Shown piece by piece: positions 56,186 through 64,000 of a stretch of DNA of 64,000 nt. The first letter of the stretch is position 1. Each line of letters opens with the position of its first letter. The notes under the pieces were generated by a model, which had not been told where the DNA came from, did not search any database, and was given only the letters and a program-made list of their open reading frames with translations. A program made the translations under genes and the position numbers. Source of the stretch: an uncultured Verrucomicrobiae bacterium (GTDB lineage Bacteria; Verrucomicrobiota; Verrucomicrobiia; Limisphaerales; Palsa-1400); assembly GCA_963764165.1 (NCBI GenBank), contig CAVXRD010000003.1, positions 480,001-544,000 of the forward strand, written 5' to 3'.

Positions 56186-57448
56186 ATGGAAAGATTGCCC
56201 GGTTTCCGTGACTTTTATCCCGAGCCGCTTCCGCATTCCGATGTCTGGAGCGCGGAGGCGCGGCGCCATATTTTTGACACCTGGAGCGAAACGGCCCGCC
56301 GCTATGGCTTTTCCGAATACGACGGCCCGCCGCTCGAACCGCTCGAACTTTACACGCTCAAGAGTGGCGACGAAATTGTCGGGCAGCTCTACAATTTCTC
56401 CGACAAGGGCGATCGCGCGATCTCGCTGCGGCCGGAAATGACGCCGACGCTGGCCCGCATGATTTCCGCGCACGAGCGCAATTACAAAAAGCCGATCAAG
56501 TGGTTCGCCATCCCGCAGCTTTTCCGCTACGAACGGCAGCAAAAAGGCCGGCTGCGCGAGCACTTCCAATTCAACGCCGATCTCATCGGCGAGGCCGGCC
56601 CAGCGGCGGACGCGGAATTGGTGGCATTGCTGATCGATTGCCTGCGCGGCTTTGGTTTAACAGCCGATGATTTTGTCATCCGCCTAAGCAGTCGCAACGC
56701 GTGGCAGGAATTTTTCCGCCAGCGCAGTTCCAAAACGGAAGACGAATACGCCTTTTACCAGGCCATTGACAAATTGGAACGCGATGCGCCGGAGGAAAGC
56801 CAAAAGAAACTCGGCGCAGTCGGAATTGCGTTTGAGGACGTGTCCAAGTTCATCGCCGAAGGCAAACCGACGGCGGAATTGCAGGCGGTCCTTGATAATC
56901 TTGCAGCTCGCGGCCTCGCATCTTTCGTCAAAGTTGATTACTGCGTCATTCGCGGACTGGCGTATTACACGGGCGTCGTCTTCGAGGCGTTTGCCAAAGT
57001 GGAGGAATTGCGAGCCATTGCGGGCGGGGGGCGTTACGACAATTTGATCAAGCTCATTTCCGGCGGCAAAGTGGATTTGCCCGCGCTCGGTTTCGGCATG
57101 GGCGATGTCGTCCTGCTTGAATTGCTCAAGGCGCGCAAGCTCTTGCCCGCTTTCGATTCACGAACGGATGTTTATTGCCTGATTGAAGACGAATCAATGC
57201 GGCCGCAATCGCTGGGGCTTGTGCAATCGCTGCGGGGAAAGGGATGCGCGGTGGAATACTCCCTCACGCCGGCAAAGTCAGACAAGCAATTCAAGCGCGC
57301 GATGGAATTGAAGGCGCGCTGCACATGCAAAATTGTGGCAGGGCCAGACGGTGGGTGGGAAGTGAAACTCAAGAATCTTGCCACGCGCGCGGAAAAAACG
57401 ATGTCCCTGGACGAGGCTCGCCGCGCAGATATTTCAGCCTTTCGCTGA
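56186..57448 (+). CDS. hisS: Histidyl-tRNA synthetase
   Basis: GFRDFYP, LRPEMTPTLAR, FRYERQQKGRLREHFQ, RGLAYYTG, GGGRYD, GFGMG. Confidence 0.96.
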   Translation: MERLPGFRDFYPEPLPHSDVWSAEARRHIFDTWSETARRYGFSEYDGPPLEPLELYTLKSGDEIVGQLYNFSDKGDRAISLRPEMTPTLARMISAHERNYKKPIKWFAIPQLFRYERQQKGRLREHFQFNADLIGEAGPAADAELVALLIDCLRGFGLTADDFVIRLSSRNAWQEFFRQRSSKTEDEYAFYQAIDKLERDAPEESQKKLGAVGIAFEDVSKFIAEGKPTAELQAVLDNLAARGLASFVKVDYCVIRGLAYYTGVVFEAFAKVEELRAIAGGGRYDNLIKLISGGKVDLPALGFGMGDVVLLELLKARKLLPAFDSRTDVYCLIEDESMRPQSLGLVQSLRGKGCAVEYSLTPAKSDKQFKRAMELKARCTCKIVAGPDGGWEVKLKNLATRAEKTMSLDEARRADISAFR

Positions 57449-58498
57449 AACTGAGTTAACCGGCAGCCGCACGGTCACGGTGGTGAGTTGGCCCGGCTCG
57501 GAGACAATTTCTATTGTGCCGCCGTGCGCTGTGACAATCCACTTGGCGATGCAAAGACCGAGCCCGCAGCCTTCAACAGCGCGGCCGTGGGCCGGATCAC
57601 CGCGAAAAAATCGGTCAAAGACTCGCGGCAGCGCCGCCGCAGGAATCCCCGGACCGGTGTTGGCGATGGTGAATTCCGCAAATGATCCCGCGCGGCGCAA
57701 AGCCATCGCAACCGAACCGTGCGATTGATTATATTTGACAGCATTGTCCACGAGATTCAGCAGCAATTGCCGCAGGCGATGCGCGTCACCCTGCCCCGTC
57801 ATTTCCTCGCAGGCTGTCAACTCAACGTGAAGGCCTTGCGGCTCGGCCAGAATCTGCGCGTCGGCAAAACTGTCGCGCACCAATTCGTCCAAACGAACTT
57901 TTTCGAGTGTCAGCGAAACCAATCCAGCGTCGGCCTTGGTCAGCAGCGTCAGCCCGTCCACGATGCGCGAGAGGCGATGCAGTTCCTCCAATTGGCTGGC
58001 GGCCCGTTCGCGCTGCGCCGGCGTGAGCGATTCGTCCCGCAACTGCGTCTCGATTTCTCCGCACAGAACGGTGACGGGTGTTTTAAGCTCGTGCGATGCA
58101 TGGAGCGTGAATTCGCGAATTCGGGCAAAAGAATTGTTCAACCGGGCGGTCATGGCGTTGAGAACTTCGCTCAGCCGGTCCAATTCGTCGCCGTTGCCGG
58201 TGCGCGGCAAAGCCTGGCCGAGGGTGGATTCGTTGATCTGTTCGGCGGCAAGAGTGAGATCCCGCACGGGCGCCAGGGAACGGCGCATCAGCCACCAACC
58301 GCCGCCAATGCTCACCAGGGCCGCCGGAACACCCACCCAAAACACAATCTGAAGAATATCATCCTCGTCTCTTTCCGCCTTTCCGGCGCGATGCTCGTCC
58401 CGCTCATGCGATTCATCGAGCGTCAGCACCGCGATGAGAGCCAGCGAGGCCAGCAGCACGGCGGCGTTGCAGAGCGTCAGGCGGGTTCGAATCGTCAC
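57434..58498 (-). CDS. Membrane sensor histidine kinase (HAMP-HisKA-HATPase, CusS/CzcS-like)
   Basis: Two TM helices, HAMP (DELDRL), ASHELKTP, NLVDNAVKY, FDRFFR, GLGLCI. Confidence 0.92.
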   Translation of the reverse strand: MTIRTRLTLCNAAVLLASLALIAVLTLDESHERDEHRAGKAERDEDDILQIVFWVGVPAALVSIGGGWWLMRRSLAPVRDLTLAAEQINESTLGQALPRTGNGDELDRLSEVLNAMTARLNNSFARIREFTLHASHELKTPVTVLCGEIETQLRDESLTPAQRERAASQLEELHRLSRIVDGLTLLTKADAGLVSLTLEKVRLDELVRDSFADAQILAEPQGLHVELTACEEMTGQGDAHRLRQLLLNLVDNAVKYNQSHGSVAMALRRAGSFAEFTIANTGPGIPAAALPRVFDRFFRGDPAHGRAVEGCGLGLCIAKWIVTAHGGTIEIVSEPGQLTTVTVRLPVNSVSAKG

Positions 58499-59169
58499 GC
58501 CGATTCCTTCATCACGTAGCCCGAGCCACGCACCGTATGGACGAGCTTGACATCAAAGTTCGCATCAATTTTTTCGCGCAGGCGGCGGATATAGACATCC
58601 ACCAGATTCGTGCCCGGATCAAAATCGTAATCCCAAACCTTTTCCAGGATCATCATGCGTCCGCAGAGGCGGCCGGCGGAGCGCATAAGGTATTCCAGAA
58701 GCCGGAATTCGCGGGTGGTCAGGGTAATTTCGGACGCGCCACGGCGCGCCTGGCGGGAAAGAGTGTCGAGCGTCAAATCTCCCAGGCGCAGAACGGTTGA
58801 CTTGTTCTCCGTCCCGCGGCGCGTGAGCGAGCGCACGCGCGCCACCAGCTCAACCAGTTCAAACGGCTTGGGCAAATAATCGTCCGCCCCGGTGTTCAAG
58901 CCCTCCACCCTTTCGTTGACCTCACCGCGCGCTGACAACAACAGGATGGGTGTGGAATTGCGGTTCTGGCGCAACTGCCGCACGACGCTCAAGCCGTCGC
59001 GTCCCGGCAGCATGATGTCCAGCACCACACCGTCGAAAGGCGTGGTGCCGGCCAGCATCAAGGCTTCGTTGCCGTCCGCGCAAACATCCACCGCGAAGCC
59101 TTCCACTTGCAGCGCTTTGCGAATAAACGAGGCCGTTTTCCGGTCATCTTCCACTACTAGGATGCGCAT
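58495..59169 (-). CDS. OmpR-family response regulator (CusR/CzcR-like)
   Basis: ILVVEDD, LDIMLPGRDG, GADDYLPKPF, VWDYDFDPGTNLVDVYIRRLR, TVRGSGY. Confidence 0.94.
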   Translation of the reverse strand: MRILVVEDDRKTASFIRKALQVEGFAVDVCADGNEALMLAGTTPFDGVVLDIMLPGRDGLSVVRQLRQNRNSTPILLLSARGEVNERVEGLNTGADDYLPKPFELVELVARVRSLTRRGTENKSTVLRLGDLTLDTLSRQARRGASEITLTTREFRLLEYLMRSAGRLCGRMMILEKVWDYDFDPGTNLVDVYIRRLREKIDANFDVKLVHTVRGSGYVMKESA

Positions 59170-59220
59170 GGGTTGAATCCTAACCTCGCCGGATGGGGCA
59201 CGGCAATTTCCGTCGCCGAC

Positions 59221-59556
59221 CTATTTATCGTCGTCCTTCTCGGCTTTTTCCTTGTTCGCCTTTTCGTGCTCAACGTTCACGATTTCACCGGTGATGGCGT
59301 TCACATTGACCTCAGTGAGGTCCTTGGTGCCGGGTGTGGCGATGTCAAATGACCAGATGAGCTTGCCGTGTTCGCGCTCCAATTCCGCTTCCTTGACGGT
59401 GCCGTCGGTGACTTTGGCCAGGGCGGTCGCCTGGGCATCGGCCTTGCTAATTTTTGCCTCCGCCTGGAGGCTGGCCTCGCTTTCGTGGCTTTCGGACTCG
59501 CACCCGGCGAAAAAGCCGGCGGCCAGGATGGAACACAGTGTCAAACGTATTTTCAT
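59221..59556 (-). CDS. PepSY-domain lipoprotein
   Basis: Lipobox FAGC; ISKADAQATAL...EAELERE...EVNVNAITGEIV. Confidence 0.82.
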   Translation of the reverse strand: MKIRLTLCSILAAGFFAGCESESHESEASLQAEAKISKADAQATALAKVTDGTVKEAELEREHGKLIWSFDIATPGTKDLTEVNVNAITGEIVNVEHEKANKEKAEKDDDK

Positions 59557-59631
59557 GGAATAATCCTTTATATTTATTGTTAACTGCGGTTGAACTGTAG
59601 TCCTCGCGCATGAAGCCCCCATAAATCCGGC

Positions 59632-59647
59632 ATGACAGTTTCGTCAT
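59632..59647. promoter_or_regulatory. CusR/CopR-box-like palindrome
   Basis: ATGAC-AGTTTC-GTCAT, 75 bp upstream of the PepSY-RR-HK unit. Confidence 0.6.
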
Positions 59648-59732
59648 TTGCCGCGCGGATTGCCGAATCTCTCCATCCGCAAGGAGAGACTTTGGCGTTC
59701 GACGCCTCAGTCAGCGATTAGACCAGCTTATA

Positions 59733-60116
59733 TTATTTCGGATCGCCGGTGGGAATGATTCCCTTGTTTTCCACCATCAGGATAACCGCCTTCTCTGGAG
59801 CGCGAGTCCGGTGGACGACGCCTTTGGGCACCACGAATCCCTGCTGCGGCAGCAATTCCACCACGCGGTCTTCGAGGTCTATGATGAACTTCCCTTCCAG
59901 CACGAAGAAGAATTCGTCGTCGTGATCGTGCTTGTGCCAATGGTATTCGCCCTGCATGACACCGAGGCGGACGACGGATTCATTGACCTGGCAAAGCGTC
60001 TGGTTATACCACTTGTCCCTGCAAGCCGCGATCAGCGCCGGCGTGTCCACCAGCGTCAATTGCGGGTAATGGATGTTCAGATGAGTCGCGTAAGGATATG
60101 AAGTTTCCTCTGGCAT
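59733..60116 (-). CDS. Cupin domain protein
   Basis: GEYHWHKHDHDDEFFFVLEG...VVPKGVVHRT. Confidence 0.9.
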   Translation of the reverse strand: MPEETSYPYATHLNIHYPQLTLVDTPALIAACRDKWYNQTLCQVNESVVRLGVMQGEYHWHKHDHDDEFFFVLEGKFIIDLEDRVVELLPQQGFVVPKGVVHRTRAPEKAVILMVENKGIIPTGDPK

Positions 60117-60242
60117 AGCAGCTTCGTTTGTTAATTGGCAGAGCAAGCTGACCGCATGATTCCACTCTAGTCAAGTTTAAGGAGAATTAATTTTGCTTCC
60201 CAATGTCACCCATTTGTAACATGATGGCTAATAGGAGCACAT

Positions 60243-63200
60243 ATGATTAAAAAGTTACTCGCTTTCACGATCTGCCTGGCCGGATTTTCCAGTTACGCCC
60301 AAATCACGCCTGGTTTCCAGCCCGGCAACCTCAGCGTCCTCCGCATTGGAGCGACCAACACGCCGCCCGTCAGTTCGGGCGACCCCGTGTTCCTCGACGA
60401 ATACACGACAAATGGAGTGCTGACGAACACAGTCGCGATTCCCACGAATGGCTCCACTTCACTGATCATCGGCGGATCGGCCTCGTCGGAGGGCGCCATC
60501 AGCCGTTCGGCCAATGGCAATTACATCGTGCTTGTCGGCTACAACACAAATCTCACTTCTACGGGTTCGCTGGCCAGTTCGACTTCCGCAAAGATCCCCC
60601 GCGGCATCGCCACCGTCGATTTCAATGGCAATTATGCATTCGTCACGAACACTTCGACGGCGTTCAGCGCGAATAACATTCGCAGCGGAACTTCAGATGG
60701 CTCGAACAATTTTTGGGCCGTTGGCGCCACCAGCGGCACGATTTACATGGGCATTGCATCTCCACCCGCCACGGTTCAAAGCGCGGACGCCAATAGCGAA
60801 GTCGCCAATATTTTTAACGGCAATCTGTATTTCTCGTCGCAAAAAACCACTCCAATTGGAATTTATGGCTTTGCGGGAACCCCCACAACGACCAACACAA
60901 GTGCCGCGCTCCTGTTCTCGACCGGCTCAAGTTCGAGCCTTTACGGATTCGCCATCAGCCCGGACAACACCACGGCCTACGTCGCGGATGACCGCGCGGT
61001 CGCCTCGGGCGGCGGCATTCTGAAATACACCAATAACGGCGCGTGGGGTCTGGCTTACACGCTTGGAACGGGCGTTGGCTCGACGGTCGGCGCGCGCGGA
61101 TTGGTGGTGCAGTTCGGCGCGACGAATATGATTTATGCAACGACAGCGGAGACCGCGACAAACCGCATCATCACGATTACTGACACCGGTTCAACTGCCG
61201 CAGCCGCGACTCTCGCCACCGCCTCCACGAATGAGATTTTTCGCGGCATTCAGTTTACGCCGCAAGGAAATGCGCCGGGCATTGTGGCGGGACTGCAACC
61301 GCAAGCTGTCGATCAAGGGCAGGCGGCTGCATTCTCGGTCAACGCGACCGGCAGCGGTTCGCTTTATTATTTGTGGGAATCAAATTCAACTCCCATCACG
61401 GCTTGGGAGACAAATTCCATGCTGACGCTCGACACGACCGCCTACGCGGCAGGCACGTTTGACGTCCAGGTGCTGGTGAGCAACGCCTGGGGATTGAATT
61501 CGTCCACCTCCACGTTGACGGTGACGGCATCGAACGCTCCCCCGCCCCCTCCGATCATCGTCACCGAACCGACGAACGCATCCGTCAAGGCAGGCGCGAC
61601 TGTAAGTTTTTCCGTCGGCGCAACGGGATCGGCCCTGACCTTTCAATGGCAATTTGGCGCGGTTGATCTCGTTGACAGCGCTTCGATCAGCGGCGCGACG
61701 ACAAACGTCCTGACCTTGTCCGACGTGGGCGGCGCGGATGCCGGCACTTATACCGTCACCATCACCAACGCCGGAGGCTCGACCAATTCGCTGCCGGTGA
61801 CATTGACGGTGGCCGACCCGTGGATTAGTTTGCAACCGACTGGACGCACTTATCTGGCGGGCGACACGATAAGTCTTTCGGTCGGCGCGGTTGGCACCAC
61901 GCCAACTTACCAATGGATATTCGACGGCTCGGCAATATCCGGGGCAACCAACAGCATTTTCCTCGAAAGCAACGCGGTGCCAACCGAGTCCGGGAGCTAC
62001 GCGGTCGTTGTGAAGTCCGATTACGGCTCGGTGACGAGCGCCCCTGCGGTTGTGGTGGTTGCAGCTTCGCAGACAACGTTCTTCCCGTCGAACCTCGTCG
62101 TGCTGCGATTGGGCGACGGTGCGCAGACGCTGACCAATTCTGGAAATACTTTGTTCCTAGATCAATTCACGCGGTCGGGCGCTTCCGTGAGTACCGATGG
62201 CGTTGCCCGATTCCGGGCCTTCTGCTCTTTTGATCAGCGGCGTGGCAAGTTCGGAAGGTTACATGACGCTTTCGGGAGATGGCCGGTTGCTCGCCATCGG
62301 AGGTTACAACACCAATCGTGGAACGCTCAGCGGTTCCCTCTCCTCGTCATCGTCAGCGGCGGTGCCGCGCGCGATTGGCACGATTGACGGGACCGGCGTT
62401 TACTCGCTAGCCGTTTCAACCACGAACGCTTACAGCGCAGATAATATTCGCGGGGGCGCAACGGACGGCACAGGCGATTTCTGGGGCGCGGGCTCGGCGG
62501 GTGGCACGTGGTATTTCGGCGCCAACAACGCCGCCGCCAGCATCCAGACCAACGTGTCAAATACACGCGTCGTCAATGTCTTCCAGCAGAACCTCTACTT
62601 CTCCACCCAAAGCGGAACGACGGGATTGTATGCGTTGCCCGGTTTGCCGACCAACAGCGCGACGACGAACCTGCTCTTTGCCACCGGGAATTCCTCCAGC
62701 CCGGAGGATTTTCAAATCAACGATGCGACGAACCTTGTCTACATCGCGGATGATTCTTCCAGCGGCGGCATCCAGCGCTGGGAATTTACGAACGGCATCT
62801 GGGCCAACGCCTACACCCTCTCCAGCGGCGCATCGAAAATTGGCGCGCGCAGTTTGACGGTCGATTTCTCCGGCGCAAATCCTGTAATTTACGCCATCAC
62901 CGCCGAAACAAGCGCCAATCGCCTTATTGCCATTACGGATTCTGGCGCGGGATCGGCGCCGACAACATTGGCCACCGCGCCCGCGGGCGAACTTTTCCGC
63001 GCGGTGAAATCCGCCCCGGCATTGAATCCGTTCCCAACACCGTCACTGACAACACCCGCACTGACAAATGGCAATTTCACATTCAATCTGGCCGGCGTCA
63101 GCGGATTTAGCTACGTGATTCAAACATCCACGGATCTGATAAGCTGGACACCGTGGCAGACAAATGTCGCGCCAGCCTCATTTACGGTGACGAATGCGGC

Positions 63201-63243
63201 GAGCGGTTCGCCCGCGTATTTCCGCGCCGTTTACATTCCCTGA
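60243..63243 (+). CDS. Large exported protein (two homologous propeller-like domains, three Ig units, shared C-terminal domain), split by a 1-bp insertion at ~62195
   Basis: Signal peptide; duplicated FxPxNLxVLRxG...FLDx(Y/F)T...SSEG...NIR...GARxL domain; removing one base joins ORFs 60243-62387 and 62197-63243 into 999 aa. Confidence 0.8.
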
Positions 63244-63264
63244 CGCCCGGTGTAAGAGCAGCGT

Positions 63265-64000
63265 GTGGCAGATAAAATCGAACCACAACGATTTCGCGCG
63301 CTGACGGCAAAATACCGCCAGCTCCGCATCGCGGTCGTGGGTGATTTCTGCCTCGATAGATATTTGGAGATAGACCCCGCGCGGGCGGGAATTTCAATTG
63401 AAACCGGCTTAACGGTTCATAACGTCGTTCGCGTGCGTTCGCAACCAGGGGGAGCTGGAACCATCGTGAATAATCTGGCCGCGCTCGGCGTTGGCGAGAT
63501 TTTTCCGGTCGGCTTTGCGGGGGAAGATGGCGAAGGATTTGAATTGCTGCGCGCTTTAGGGAGCGTTCCTGGCGTAAGCATGGACTCGTTTTTTGCAACG
63601 CCCGATCGGCGGACGTTTACTTACACCAAACCGCTTATCGTTTCCCCGCAACTCCCGCCGAAGGAATTGAATCGCCTTGATTTTCTGAATTGGTCGCCCA
63701 CTCCTGCCACGCTGCAAAAGCGCCTCTCGGAAAGCTTGCGCGGCCTCGCGCCGAACGTGGACGCAATCGTTATGCTTGACCAAGTTGACACGCCGGAAAC
63801 GGGCGTTATTACGCGTTCGCTGTTGAAGACGGTTGCCGCGATCAAAAAGAAAAACGCAAACTTGCTGATCATCGCGGACAGCCGCCAGCGTTTGGGAGAA
63901 TTTCCGCCAGTTTGCTTCAAGATGAACCGCACGGAACTTTCGAAGTTGGCCGCCAGAGGCAAGCTGATTCCAACTCGCGATGTCGCAAAAGCCGCATCCG
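63265..64000 (+). CDS. PfkB/RfaE(HldE)-like sugar kinase, 3'-partial
   Basis: RIAVVGDFCLDRY...PGGAGTIVNNLAALG...GEDGEG...RRTFTY...IIADSR; runs off the window end, so it is absent from the ORF track. Confidence 0.85.
   Translation, partial: MADKIEPQRFRALTAKYRQLRIAVVGDFCLDRYLEIDPARAGISIETGLTVHNVVRVRSQPGGAGTIVNNLAALGVGEIFPVGFAGEDGEGFELLRALGSVPGVSMDSFFATPDRRTFTYTKPLIVSPQLPPKELNRLDFLNWSPTPATLQKRLSESLRGLAPNVDAIVMLDQVDTPETGVITRSLLKTVAAIKKKNANLLIIADSRQRLGEFPPVCFKMNRTELSKLAARGKLIPTRDVAKAAS

Overview
High-GC bacterial window, most likely Verrucomicrobiota (Pedosphaerales/Limisphaerales-like). This placement is inferred from the H-X9-DG prepilin-like genes and the Thr/Asn-rich Ig-domain surface proteins. 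Housekeeping genes include a polyprenyl synthase, an ECF sigma factor, addB, coaD-yceD-rpmF-plsX-fabH-tRNA-Asp, accA, a class I PMI and hisS. Accessory regions hold a CDP-3,6-dideoxy/branched-sugar surface-glycan cluster (rfbFGH, reductase, YerE-like ThDP enzyme, HAD, NeuB-like, FkbM) and several large exported proteins. Most notable observations: (1) five exported proteins share a C-terminal domain that may be a sorting signal; (2) a cluster has LamG-like domains nested inside Ig folds, a pseudopilin and a cohesin-dockerin-cohesin protein; (3) a ~195-bp palindromic element is inserted in frame in addB; (4) a REP-doublet copy is hit by a 140-bp MITE with a 4-bp TSD; (5) an integrase-less toxin-antitoxin mini-island lies between tRNA-Asp and a covarying copy of its 3' end; (6) an active protease is paired with a pseudo-protease; (7) a DGQHR protein stands alone; (8) a helically phased TGTTAC array sits in an intergenic region. 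Single-base indels disrupt five genes and may be assembly errors. No CRISPR array, rRNA or intact transposase/integrase was seen. All calls come from reading motifs by eye; no searches were run.
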